Assembly (NCBI GenBank): GCA_964016885.1
Contig: OZ024743.1
Location: 141,422,001-141,486,000, forward strand
Reading direction: 5' to 3'
Origin: Eledone cirrhosa
Lineage: Eukaryota
Length of the DNA: 64,000 nt
Shown here: positions 44,301 to 56,720 of the stretch, one piece after another
Numbering within the stretch: position 1 is the first letter of the stretch
Layout of the letters: the number at the start of each line of letters is the position of its first letter
The notes under the pieces: generated by a model
Seen by the model: only the letters and a program-made list of their open reading frames with translations
Told to the model about the DNA's origin: nothing
Database searches by the model: none
Position numbers and translations under genes: made by a program

Positions 44301-47300
44301 ATGGGTGCTTGGTGTTTGGTCCTTGGTGCTTGGTGCATGGTCTTTGGTGCTTGGGTTTTGGTGTTTGGTGCTTGGTGCTTGGTGTTTGGTGCTTGGTGCT
44401 TAGTGCTTGGTGCTTGGTGTTTGGTGATTGCTGCTTGGTGCTTGGTGTTTGGTGCTTGGTGCTTGGTGATTAGTGTTTGGTGATTGGTGCTTGGGGTTTG
44501 GTGTTTGGGGCTTGGTGTTTGGTGCTTAGTGCTTGCTGTTTGGTGTTTGGTGTTTGGTTCTTGGTGCTTGGTGTTTGGTGCTTGGTGTTTGGTGCTTGGT
44601 GCTTGGTGCTTGGTGTTTGGTGCTGCGTGCTTGGTGTTTGGTGTTTGGTGCTTGGTGCCTGGTGCTTGTTGTTTGGTGTTTGGTGCTTAGTGCTTGGTGT
44701 TTGGTGTTTGGTGCTTGGTGCTTGGTGGCTGGTGTTTGGTGCTTGGTGTTTGGAGTTTGGTGCTTGGTGCTTGGTGCCTGGTGTTTCGTGCTTGGTGCTT
44801 GGTGCTTGGTGTTTGGTGATTGGTGCTTGGTGTTTGGTGTTTGGTACTTGGTGCTTGGTGCTTGGTGCTTGGTGCTTGGTGCTTGGTGTTTGATGCTGCG
44901 TGCTTGGTGTTTGGTGTTTGGTGCTTGGTGCTTGGTGTTTGGTGTTTGGAGCTCGGTGCCTGGTGCTTGTTGTTTGGTGTTTGGCGCTTGGTGCTTGGTG
45001 TTTGGTGTTTGGTGCTTGGTGCTTGGTGCTTGGTATCTGGTGTTTGGTGCTTGATGTTTGGTGTTTGGTGCTTGGTGTTTGGTGTTTGGTGCTTGGTGCT
45101 TGGTGTTTGGTGCTTGGTGTTTGGTGTTTGGTGTTTGATGCTTGGTGTTTGCTGCTTGGTGCTTGGTGCTTGGTGTTTTGTGTTTGGTGATTGGTGCTTG
45201 GTGCCTGGTGCTTGGTGCTTGGTGCTTGTTGTTTGGTGCTTGGTGCTTGGTGATTAGTGTTTGGTGCTTGGTGCTTGCGGTTTGGTGTTTGGTGCTTGGG
45301 GTTTGGTGCTTGGTGCTTGGTGCTTGGTGTTTGGTGCTTGGTGCTTGGTGTTTGGTGCTTGGTGCTTGGTGTTTGGTGTTTGGCGTTTGCTGTTTGCTGT
45401 TTGGTGTTTGGTGCTTGCTGTTTGGTGCTTGGTGCTTGGTGTTTGGTGTTTGGTGTTTTGTGCTTGGTGCTTGGTGTTTGGTGCTTGGTGCTTGGTGCTG
45501 GGTGTTTGGTGCTTGGTGCTTGGTGTTTGGTGCTTGGTGCTTGGTGCTTGGTGTTTGGTCCTTGGTGCTTGGTGCTTGGTCTTTGGTGCTTGGGTTTTGG
45601 TGTTTGGTGCTTGGTGCTTGGTATTTGGTGCTTGGTTCTTGGTGCTTGGTGCTTGGTGTTTGGTGATTGCTGCTTGGTGCTTGGTGTTTGGTGCTTGGTG
45701 CTTGGTGATTAGTGTTTGGTGATTGGTGCTTGGGATTTGCTGTTTGGTGCTTGGTGTTTGGTGCTTGGTGCTTGATGTTTGGTGTTTGGTGTTTGGTTCT
45801 TGGTGCTTGGTGTTTGGTGTTTGGTGTCTGGTGCTTGGTGCTTGGTGACTGGTGTTTGGTGCTTGGTGCTTGGTGCTTGGTGTTTGGTGCTGCATGCTTG
45901 GTGTTTGGTGCTTGGTGCTTGGTGATTATTGTTTGGTGCTTTGTGTTTGGTGCTTGGTGTTTGGTGCTTGGTGCTTGGTGCTTGGTGCTTGGTGTTAGGT
46001 GTTTGGTGCTTGGTGATTGGTGTTTGATGTTAGGTTCTTGGTGCTTGGTGTTTGGTGTTTGGTGCTTGGTGCTTGGTGTTTGGTGTTTGGTGCTTGGTGC
46101 TTGGTGCTTGGTGCTTGGTGCTTGGTGCTTGGTGCTTGGTGTTTGGTGCTTGGTTCTTGGTGCTTGGTGCTTGGTGTTTGGTGATTGCTGCTTGGTGCTT
46201 GGTGTTTGGTGCTTGGTGCTTGGTGATTAGTATTTGGTGATTGGTGCTTGGGATTTGCTGTTTGGTGCTTGGTGTTTGGTGCTTGGTGCTTGATGTTTGG
46301 TGTTTGGTGTTTGGTTCTTGGTGCTTGGTGTTTGGTGTTTGGTGTCTGGTGCTTGGTGCTTGGTGCTTGGTGTTTGGTGCTTGGTGCTTGGTGTTTGGTG
46401 CTGCGTGCTTGGTGTTTGGTGCTTGGTGCTTGGTGATTAGTGTTTGGTGCTTTGTGTTTGGTGCTTGGTGTTTGGTGCTTGGTGCTTGGTGCTTGGTGTT
46501 AGGTGTTTGGTGCTTGGTGATTGGTGTTTGATGTTAGGTTCTTGGTGCTTGGTGTTTGGTGTTTGGTGCTTGGTGCTTGGTGTTTGGTGTTTGGTGCTTG
46601 GTGCTTGGTGCTTGGTGCTTGGTGTTAGGTGTTTGGTGCTTGGTGCTTGGTGTTTGGTGCTTGGTGCTTTGTGTTTGGTGCTTGGTGTTTGGTGCTTGGT
46701 GCTTGGTGCTTGGTGCTTGGTGTTAGGTGTTTGGTGCTTGGTGATTGGTGTTTGATGTTAGGTTCTTGGTGCTTGGTGTTTGGTGTTTGGTGCTTGGTGC
46801 TTGGTGTTTGGTGCTTGGTGCTTGGTGCTTGGTGCTTGGTGCTTGGTGTTAGGTGTTTGGTGCTTGGTGATGGGTGCTTGGTGTTTGGTCCTTGGTGCTT
46901 GGTGCATGGTCTTTGGTGCTTGGGTTTTGGTGTTTGGTGCTTGGTGCTTGGTGTTTGGTGCTTGGTGCTTGGTGCTTGGTGCTTGGTGTTTGGTGATTGC
47001 TGCTTGGTGCTTGGTGTTTGGTGCTTGGTGCTTGGTGATTAGTGTTTGGTGATTGGTGCTTGGGGTTTGGTGTTTGGGGCTTGGTGTTTGGTGCTTAGTG
47101 CTTGCTGTTTGGTGTTTGGTGTTTGGTTCTTGGTGCTTGGTGTTTGGTGCTTGGTGTTTGGTGCTTGGTGCTTGGTGCTTGGTGTTTGGTGCTGCGTGCT
47201 TGGTGTTTGGTGTTTGGTGCTTGGTGCCTGGTGCTTGTTGTTTGGTGTTTGGTGCTTAGTGCTTGGTGTTTGGTGTTTGGTGCTTGGTGCTTGGTGGCTG

Positions 47301-48670
47301 GTGTTTGGTGCTTGGTGTTTGGAGTTTGGTGCTTGGTGCTTGGTGCCTGGTATTTCGTGCTTGGTGCTTGGTGCTTGGTGTTTGGTGATTGGTGCTTGGT
47401 GTTTGGTGTTTGGTACTTGGTGCTTGGTGCTTGGTGCTTGGTGCTTGGTGTTTGGTGTTTGATGCTGCGTGCTTGGTGTTTGGTGTTTGGTGCTTGGTGC
47501 TTGGTGTTTGGTGTTTGGAGCTCGGTGCCTGGTGCTTGTTGTTTGGTGTTTGGCGCTTGGTGCTTGGTGTTTGGTGTTTGGTGCTTGGTGCTTGGTGCTT
47601 GGTATCTGGTGTTTGGTGCTTGATGTTTGGTGTTTGGTGCTTGGTGTTTGGTGTTTGGTGCTTGGTGCTTGGTGTTTGGTGCTTGGTGTTTGGTGTTTGG
47701 TGTTTGATGCTTGGTGTTTGGTGCTTGGTGTTTGGTGTTTGGTGCTTGGTGCTTGGTGTTTGGTGCTTGGTATCTGGTGTTTGGTGCTTGATGTTTGGTG
47801 TTTGGTGTTTGGTGTTTGGTACTTGATGCTTGGTGCTTGGTGCTTGGTGCTTGGTGCTTGGTGTTTGATGCTGCGTGCTTGGTGTTTGGTGTTTGGTGCT
47901 TGGTGCTTGGTGCTTGGTGTTTTGTGTTTGGTGATTGGTGATTGGTGCCTGGTGCTTGGTGCTTGGTGCTTGTTGTTTGGTGCTTGGTGCTTGGTGATTA
48001 GTGTTTGGTGCTTGGTGCTTGCGGTTTGGTGTTTGGTGCTTGGTGTTTGGTGATTGGTGCTTGGTGCTTGGTGTTTGGTGCTTGGTGCTTGGTGTTTGGT
48101 GCTTGGTGCTTGGTGTTTGGCGTTTGGCGTTTGCTGTTTGCTGTTTGGTGTTTGGTGCTTGCTGTTTGGTGCTTGGTGCTTGGTGTTTGGTGTTTGGTGT
48201 TTTGTGCTTGGTGCTTGGTGTTTGGTGCTTGGTGCTTGGTGCTGGGTGTTTGGTGCTTGGTGCTTGGTGTTTGGTGCTTGTTGCTTGGTGCTTGGTGTTT
48301 GGTCCTTGGTGCTTGGTGCTTGGTCTTTGGTGCTTGGGTTTTGGTGTTTGGTGCTTGGTGCTTGGGGTTTGGTGCTTGGTTCTTGGTGCTTGGTGCTTGG
48401 TGTTTGGTGATTGCTGCTTGGTGCTTGGTGTTTGGTGCTTAGTGCTTGGTGATTAGTGTTTGGTGATTGGTGCTTGGGATTTGCTGTTTGGGGCTTGGTG
48501 TTTGGTGCTTGGTGCTTGATGTTTGGTGTTTGGTGTTTGGTTCTTGGTGCTTGGTGTTTGGTGTTTGGTGTCTGGTGCTTGGTGCTTGGTGCTTGGTGTT
48601 TGGTGATTGGTGCTTGGTGCTTGGTGTTTGGTGCTGCGTGCTTGGTGTTTGGTGCTTGGTGCTTGGTGAT
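41390..48670 (+). repeat. About 2.8 tandem copies of a 2.57-2.74-kb higher-order repeat
   Basis: ORF pairs 42688/45257, 43143/45712, 44060/46629 and 44477/47046 are at offset 2569 (367 units). Pair 45257/48001 is at 2744. Confidence 0.85.
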
Positions 48671-51600
48671 TAGTGTTTGGTGCTTGGTGCTTGGGGTTTG
48701 GTGTTTGGTGCTTGGGGTTTGGTGTTTGGTGCTTGGTGCTTGGTGTTTGGTGCTTGGTGCTTGGTGTTTGGTGCTTGGTGCTTTGTGTTTGGTGCTTGGT
48801 GTTTGGTGCTTGGTGCTTGGTGCTTGGTGTTAGGTGTTTGGTGCTTGGTGATTGGTGTTTGATGTTAGGTTCTTGGTGCTTGGTGTTTGGTGTTTGGTGC
48901 TTGGTGCTTGGTGTTTGGTGTTTGGTGCTTGCTGCTTGGTGCTTGGTGTTTTGTGTTTGGAGTTTGGTGCTTGGTGTTTGGTGCTTCGGTCTTGGTGTTT
49001 TGTGTATGGTGCTTGGTGCTTGGTGTTTGGTGTTTGGTGCCTGGTGCTTGGTGTTCGGTGCTTGGTGTTTGGTGTTTGGTGATTGGTGCTTGGTGTTTGG
49101 TGCTTGGTGCTTGGTGCTTGGTGCTTGGTGCTTGGTGTTAGGCGTTTGGTGCTTGGTGCTTGGTGTTTGATGTTTGGTCCATGGTGCTTGGTGTTTGGTA
49201 TTTTGAGCTTGGTGCTTGGTGTTTGGTGTTTGGTGCTTGGTGCTTGGTGTTTGGTGTTTGGTGCTTGCTGCTTGCTGCTTGGTGTTTTGTGCTAGGGGCT
49301 TGGTGCTTGGTGTTTCGTGTTTGGTGCTTGGTGCTTGGTGTTTGGTGTTTGGTGCTTGGTGCGTGGGACTTGGTGTTTGGTGCTTGGTGTTTGGTGCTTG
49401 GTGTTTGGTGCTTGGTGCCTGGTGCTTGGTGATTGGTGTTTGGTGCTTGGTGTTTGGTGCTTGGTGTTTGGTGCTTGGTGTTCGGTGCTTGGTGCTTGGT
49501 GTTTGGTGTTTGCTGTTTGCTGTTTGGTGTTTGGTGTTTGCTGTTTGGTGTTTGCTCTGTGGTGTTTGGTGTTTGGTGCTTACTGTTTGGTGCTTGGTGC
49601 TTGGTGTTTGGTGTTTGGTGCTTGGTGTTTGGTGCTTGGTGCTTGGTGCTGGGTGTTTGGTGCTTGGTGCTTGGTGTTTGGTGCTTGGTGCTTGGTGCTT
49701 GGTGTTTGGTCCTTGGTGCTTGGTGCTTGGTCTTTGGTGCTTGGGTTTTGGTGTTTGGTGCTTGGTGCTTGGTGTTTGGTGCTTGGTGCTTGGTGCTTGG
49801 TGTTTGGTGCTTGCTGCTTGGCGCTTGGTGTTTGGTGCTTGGTGCTTGGTGATTAGTGTTTGGTGATTGGTGCTTGGGGTTTGGTGTTTGGGGGCTTGGT
49901 GTTTGGTGCGTGGTGCTTGCTGTTTGGTGTTTGGTGCTGGGTGTTTGGTGCTTGGTGCTTGGTGCTTGGTGCTTGGTGTTTGGTGCCTGGTGCTTGGTGC
50001 TTGGTGCTTGCTGTTTGGTGTTTGGTGTTTGGTTCTTGGTGCTTGGTGTTTGGTGTTTGGAGCTTGGTGCTTGGTGCTTGGTGTTTGGTGCTTGGTGCTT
50101 GGTGATTAGTGTTTGGTGATTGGTGCTTGGGGTTTGGTGTTTGGTGCTTGGTGTTTGGTGCTTGGTGCTTGCTGTTTGGTGTTTGGTGTTTGGTTCTTGG
50201 TGCTTGGTGTTTGGTGTTTGGTGCTTGGTGCTTGGTGTTTGGTGTTTGGTGCTTGGTGCTTGGTGTTTGGTGCTTGGTGCTTGGTGCTTGGTGCTTGGTG
50301 TTTGGTATTTGGTGTTTGCTGTTTGGTGTTTGGTGCTTGGTGCTTGGTGCTTGGAGCTTGGTGTTTGGTGTTTAGTGCTTGGTGCTTGGTATTTGGTGTT
50401 TGGTGCTTGGTGCTTGGTGTCTGGTGTTTGGTGCTTGGTGCTTGGTGTTTGGTGATTGGTGTTTGGAGACTGGTGTTTGGTGCTTGGTGCTTGGTGCTTG
50501 GTGCCTGGGGCTTGTTGTTTGGTGTTTGGTGCTTGGTGCTTGGTGCTTGGTGTTTGATGTTTGGTCCGTGGTGCTTGTTGTTTGGTGTTTGGTGCTTGGT
50601 GCTTGGTGTTTGGTGTTTGGTGCTTGCTGCTTGCTGCCTGGTGTTTGGTGCTTGGTGATTGGTGCTTGGTGTTTTATGCTTGGTGCTTGGTGTTTGGTGC
50701 TAGGGGCTTGGTGCTTGATGCTTGGTGTTTGGTGCTTGGTGCTTGCTGTTTGGTGCTTGGTGCTTGGTGCTTGGTGTTTGGTGTATGGTGTTTGGTGCTT
50801 GGTGTTTGGTGCTTGGTGCTTGGTGCTGGGTGGTTGGTGTTTGGTGTTTGGTGCTTGGTGATTGGTGCTTATTGTTTGGTGCTTGGTGCTTGGTGCTTGG
50901 TGCTTGGTCTTTGATGCTTGGTGTTTGGTGTTTGGTGCTTGGTGCTTGGTGATTAGTGTTTGGTGCTTGGTGCTTGGTGTTTTGTGCTTGGTGTTTGGTG
51001 TTTGGTGTTTGGTGCTTTGTGCTTGGGGCTTGGTGTTTGGTGCTTAGTGTTTGGTGCTTGGTGTTTGGTGCTTGGCGCTTGGTGCTTGGTGTTTGGTGTA
51101 TGGTGTTTGGTGCTTGGTGTTTGGTGCTTGGTGCTTGGTGCTGTGTGGTTGGTGTTTGGTGTTTGGTGCTTGGTGATTGGTGCTTATTGTTTGGTGCTTG
51201 GTGCGTGGTGCTTGGTGCTTGGTCTTTGGTGCTTGGTGTTTGGTGTTTGGTGCTTGGTGCTTGGTGCTTGGTGATTAGTGTTTGGTGCTTGGTGCTTGGT
51301 GCCTGGTGCTTGGTGCTTGGTGCTTGTTGTTTGGTGCTTGGTGCTTGGTGATTAGTGTTTGGTGCTTGGTGCTTGGGGTTTGGTGTTTGGTGCTTGGTGT
51401 TTGGTGTTTGGTGCTTGGTGCTTGGTGTTTGGTGCTTGGTGCTTGGTGTTTGGTGCTTGGTGCTTTGTGTTTGGTGCTTGGTGTTTGGTGCTTGGTGCTT
51501 GGTGATTGGTGTTTGATGTTAGGTTCTTGGTGCTTGGTGTTTGGTGTTTGGTGCTTGGTGCTTGGTGTTTGGTGTTTGGTGCTTGCTGCTTGGTGCTTGG

Positions 51601-53899
51601 TGTTTTGTGTTTGGAGTTTGGTGCTTGGTGTTTGGTGCTTGGTGCTTGGTGTTTGGTGTTTGGTGTTTGGTGTTTGGTGATTGGTGCTTTGTGTTTGGTG
51701 ATTGGTGCTTGGTGCTTGGTTCTTGGTGTTAGGCGTTTGGTGCTTGCTGCTTGGTGCTTGGTGTTTTGTGTTTGGAGTTTGGTGCTTGGTGTTTGGTGCT
51801 TGGTGCTTGGTGTTTGGTGTTTGGTGTTTGGTGTTTGGTGTTTGGTGCTTGGTGCTTGGTGTTTGGTGCTTGGTGCTTGGTGTTTGGTGCTTGGTGCTTT
51901 GTGTTTGGTGCTTGGTGTTTGGTGCTTGGTGCTTGGTGATTGGTGTTTGATGTTTGGTCCTTGGTGCTTGGTGTTTGGTATTTGGAGCTTGGTGCTTGGT
52001 GTTTGGTGTTTGGTGCTTGCTGCTTGCTGCTTGGTGTTTGGTGCTAGGGACTTGGTGCTTGGTGCTTGGTGTTTGGTGCTTGGTGTTTGGTGTTTGGTGC
52101 TTGGTGCGTGGGACTTGGTGTTTGGTGCTTGGTGTTTGGTGCTTGGTGTTTGGTGCTTGGTGCCTGGTGCTTGGTGTTTGGTGTTTGGTGCTTGGTGTTT
52201 GGTGCTTGGTGCTTGGTATTTGGTGTTTGGTGCTTGGTGCTTGGTGTTTGATGTTTGGTCCTTGGTGCTTGGTGTTTGGTGCTTGGTGTTTGGTGCTTGG
52301 TGCTTGGTGCTTGGTGTTTGGCGTTTGCTGTTTGCTGTTTGGTGTTTGCTGTTTGGTGTTTGGTGTTTGGTGCTTGGTGCTTGGTGTTTGGTGCTTGGTG
52401 CTTGGTGCTTGGTGTTTGGTCCTTGGTGCTTGGTGCTTGGTCTTTGGTGCTTGGGTTTTGGTGTTTGGTGCTTGGTGCTTGGTGTTTGGTGCTTGGTGCT
52501 TGGTGCTTGGTGCTTGGTGTTTAGTGCTTGCTGCTTGGTGCTTGGTGTTTGGTGCTTGGTGCTTGGTGAGTAGTGTTTGGTGATTGGTGCTTGGGGTTTG
52601 GTGTTTGGGGCTTGGTGTTTGGTGCTTAGTGCTTGCTGTTTGGTGTTTGGTGTTTGGTTCTTGGTGCTTGGTGTTTGGTGTTTGGTGTTTGGTGCTTGGT
52701 GCTTGGTGCTTGGTGTTTGGTGCTTGGTGCTTGGTGCTTGGTGTTTGGTGCTGCGTGCTTGGTGTTTGGTGTTTGGTGCTTGGTGCCTGGTGCTTGTTGT
52801 TTGGTGTTTGGTGCTTAGTGCATGGTGTTTCGTGCTTGGTGCTTGGTGCTTGGTGTTTGGTGTTTGGTGCTTGGTGTTTGGTGTTTGGAACTTGGTGCTT
52901 GGTGCTTGGTGCTTGGTGTTTGGTGCTTGGTGTTTGATGCTGCGTGCTTGGTGTTTGGTGTTTGGTTCTTGGTGCTTGGTGTTTGGTGTTTGGAGCTTGG
53001 TGCCTGCTGCTTGTTGTTTGGTGTTTGGTGCTTGATGTTTGGTGTTTGTTGCTTGGTGCTTGGTGCTTGGTGTTTGGTGTTTGGTGGTTGGTGCTTGGTG
53101 TTTGGAGCTTGGTGTTTGGTGTTTGGTGTTTGATGCTTGGTGTTTGCTGCTTGGTGCTTGGTGCTTGGTGTTTTGTGTTTGGTGCTTTGTGCTTGGTGCC
53201 TGGTGCTTGGTGCTTGGTGCTTGTTGTTTGGTGCTTGGTGCTTGGTGATTAGTGTTTGGAGCTTGGTGTTTGGTGTTTGGTGTTTGGTGCTTGGTGTTTG
53301 GTGCTTGGTATTTGATGCTGCCTGCTTGGTGTTTGGTGTTTGGTGCTTGGTGCTTGGTGTTTGGCGTTTGGAGCGCGGTGCCTGGTGCTTGTTGTTTGGT
53401 GTTTGGCGCTTGGTGCTTGGTGTTTGGTGTTTGGTGCTTGGTGCTTGGTGCTTGGTATCTGGTGTTTGGTGCTTGATGTTTGGTGTTTGGTGCTTGGTGT
53501 TTTGTGTTTGGTGATTGGTGCTTGGTGCCTGGTGCTTGGTGCTTGGTGCTTGTTGTTTGGTGCTTGGTGCTTGGTGATTAGTGTTTGGTGCTTGGTGCTT
53601 GCGGTTTGGTGTTTGGTGCTTGGGGTTTGGTGCTTGGTGCTTGGTGCTTGGTGTTTGGTGCTTGGTGCTTGGTGTTTGTTGCTTGGTGCTTGGTGTTTGG
53701 TGTTTGGTGTTTGCTGTTTGCTGTTTGCTGTTTGGTGCTTGCTGTTTGGTGCTTGGTGCTTGGTGTTTGGTGTTTGGTGTTTTGTGCTTGGTGCTTGGTG
53801 TTTGGTGCTTGGTGCTTGGTGCTGGGTGTTTGGTGCTTGGTGCTTGGTGTTTGGTGCTTGGTGCTTGGTGCTTGGTGTTTGGTACTTGGTGCTTGGTGC

Positions 53900-56720
53900 T
53901 TATCGTTTGGTGCTTGGTGCTTGGTGCTTGGTGCTTGGTCTTTGATGCTTGGTGTTTGGTGTTTGGTGCTTGGTGCCTGGTGCTTGGTGATTAGTGTTTG
54001 GTGCTTGGTGCTTGGTGTTTTGTGCTTGGTGTTTGGTGCTTGGTGCTTGGTGTTTGGTGTTTGGTGCTTGGTGCTTGGGGCTTGGTGTTTGGTGCTTAGT
54101 GTTTGGTGCTTGGTGTTTGGTGCTAGGCGCTTGGTGCTTGGTGTTTGGTGTATGGTGTTTGGTGCTTGGTGTTTGGTGCTTGGTGCTTGGTGCTGGGTGG
54201 TTGGTGTATGGTGTTTGGTGCTTGGTGATTGGTGCTTATTGTTTGGTGCTTGGTGCTTGGTGCTTGGTGCTTGGTCTTTGGTGCTTGGTGTTTGGTGTTT
54301 GGTGCTTGGTGCTTGGTGCTTGGTGATTAGTGTTTGGTGCTTGGTGCTTGGTGCCTGGTGCTTGGTGCTTGGTGCTTGTTGTTTGGTGCTTGGTGCTTGG
54401 TGATTAGTGTTTGGTGCTTGGTGCTTGGGGTTTGGTGTTTGGTGCTTGGTGTTTGGTGTTTGGTGCTTGGTGCTTGGTGTTTGGTGCTTGGTGCTTGGTG
54501 TTTGGTGCTTGGTGCTTTGTGTTTGGTGCTTGGTGTTTGGTGCTTGGTGCTTGGTGCTTGGTGCTTGGTGTTAGGTGTTTGGTGCTTGGTGATTGGTGTT
54601 TGATGTTAGGTTCTTGGTGCTTGGTGTTTGGTGTTTGGTGCTTGGTGCTTGGTGTTTGGTGTTTGGTGCTTGCTGCTTGGTGCTTGGTGTTTTGTGTTTG
54701 GAGTTTGGTGCTTGGTGTTTGGTGGTTGGTGCTTGGTGTTTGGTGTTTGGTGTCTGGTGTTTGGTGATTGGTGCTTTGTCTTTGGTGCTTGGTGCTTGGT
54801 GCTTGGTTCTTGGTGTTAGGCGTTTGGTGCTTGGTGCTTGGTGTTTGATGTTTGGTCCTTGGTGCTTGGTGTTTGGTATTTGGAGCTTGGTGCTTGGTGT
54901 TTGGTGTTTGGTGCTTGCTGCTTGCTGCTTGGTGTTTGGTGCTAGGGACTTGGTGCTTGGTTCTTGGTGTTTGGTGCTTGGTGTTTGGTGTTTGGTGCTT
55001 GGTGCGTGGGACTTGGTGTTTGGTGCTTGGTTCTTGGTGCTTGGTGTTTGGTGTTTGGTGCTTGGTGCTTGGTGCTTGGTGTTTGGTGCTTGGTGCTTGG
55101 TGATTAGTGTTTGGTGATTGGTGCTTGGGGTTTGGTGTTTGGTGCTTGGTGTTTGGTGCTTGGTGCTTGCTGTTTGGTGTTTGGTGTTTGGTTCTTGGTG
55201 CTTGGTGTTTGGTGTTTGGTGCTTGGTGCTTGGTGATTGGTGTTTGGTGCTTGGTGCTTGGTGCTTGGTGTTTGGTGCTGCGTGCTTGGTGTTTGGTGTT
55301 TGGTGCTTGGTGCCTGGGGCTTGTTGTTTGGTGTTTGGTGCTTGGTGCTTGGTGTTTGGTGTTTGGTGCTTGCTGCTTGCTGCTTGGTGTTTGGTGCTTG
55401 GTGATTGGTGCTTGGTGTTTTATGCTTGGTGCTTGGTGTTTGGTGCTAGGGGCTTGGTGCTTGATGCTTGGTGTTTGGTGCTTGGTGCTTGCTGTTTGGT
55501 GCTTGGTGCTTGGTGCTTGGTGTTTGGTGTATGGTGTTTGGTGCTTGGTGTTTGGTGCTTGGTGCTTGGTGCTGGGTGGTTGGTGTTTGGTGTTTGGTGC
55601 TTGGTGATTGGTGCTTATTGTTTGGTGCTTGGTGCTTGGTGCTTGGTCTTTGATGCTTGGTGTTTGGTGTTTGGTGCTTCGTGCTTGGTGCTTGGTGATT
55701 AGTGTTTGGTGCTTGGTGCTTGGTGTTTTGTGCTTGGTGTTTGGTGCTTGGTGCTTGGTGTTTGGTGTTTGGTGCTTGGTGCTTGGGGCTTGGTGTTTGG
55801 TGCTTAGTGTTTGGTGCTTGGTGTTTGGTGCTTGGCGCTTGGTGCTTGGTGTTTGGTGTATGGTGTTTGGTGCTTGGTGTTTGGTGGTTGGTGCTTGGTG
55901 CTGGGTGGTTGGTGTTTGGTGTTTGGTGCTTGGTGATTGGTGCTTATTGTTTGGTGCTTGGTGCTTGGTGCTTGGTGCTTGGTCTTTGGTGCTTGGTGTT
56001 TGGTGTTTGGTGCTTGGTGCTTGGAGCTTGGTGATTAGTGTTTGGTGCTTGGTGCTTGGTGCCTGGTGCTTGGTGCTTGGTGCTTGTTGTTTGGTGCTTG
56101 GTGCTTGGTGATTAGTGTTTGGTGCTTGGTGCTTGGGGTTTGGTGTTTGGTGCTTGGTGTTTGGTGTTTGGTGCTTGGTGCTTGGTGTTTGGTGCTTGGT
56201 GCTTGGTGTTTGGTGCTTGGTGCTTTGTGTTTGGTGCTTGGTGTTTGGTGCTTGGTGCTTGGTGCTTGGTGCTTGGTGTTAGGTGTTTGGTGCTTGGTGT
56301 TTGATGTTAGGTTCTTGGTGCTTGGTGTTTGGTGTTTGGTGCTTGGTGCTTGGTGTTTGGTGTTTGGTGCTTGCTGCGTGGTGCTTGGTATTTTGTGTTT
56401 GGAGTTTGGTGCTTGGTGTTTGGTGCTTGGTGCTTGGTGTTTGGTGTTTGGTGTTTGGTGTTTGGTGATTGGTGCTTTGTGTTTGGTGCTTGGTGCTTGG
56501 TGCTTGGTTCTTGGTGTTAGGTGTTTGGTGCTTGGTGCTTGGTGTTTGATGTTTGGTCCTTGGTGCTTGGTGTTTGGTATTTGGAGCTTGGTGCTTGGTG
56601 TTTGGTGTTTGGTGCTTGCTGCTTGCTGCTTGGTGTTTGGTGATAGGGACTTGGTGCTTGGTGCTTGGTGTTTGGTGCTTGGTGTTTGGTGTCTGGTGCT
56701 TGGTGCGTGGGACTTGGTGT
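53900..56720 (+). repeat. 1708-bp (244-unit) period duplication, with a third relative at about 50640-51700
   Basis: ORF pairs 53994/55702, 54334/56042 and 54411/56119 are at offset 1708. Pairs 50722/55468 and 50956/55702 are at 4746. Confidence 0.82.
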
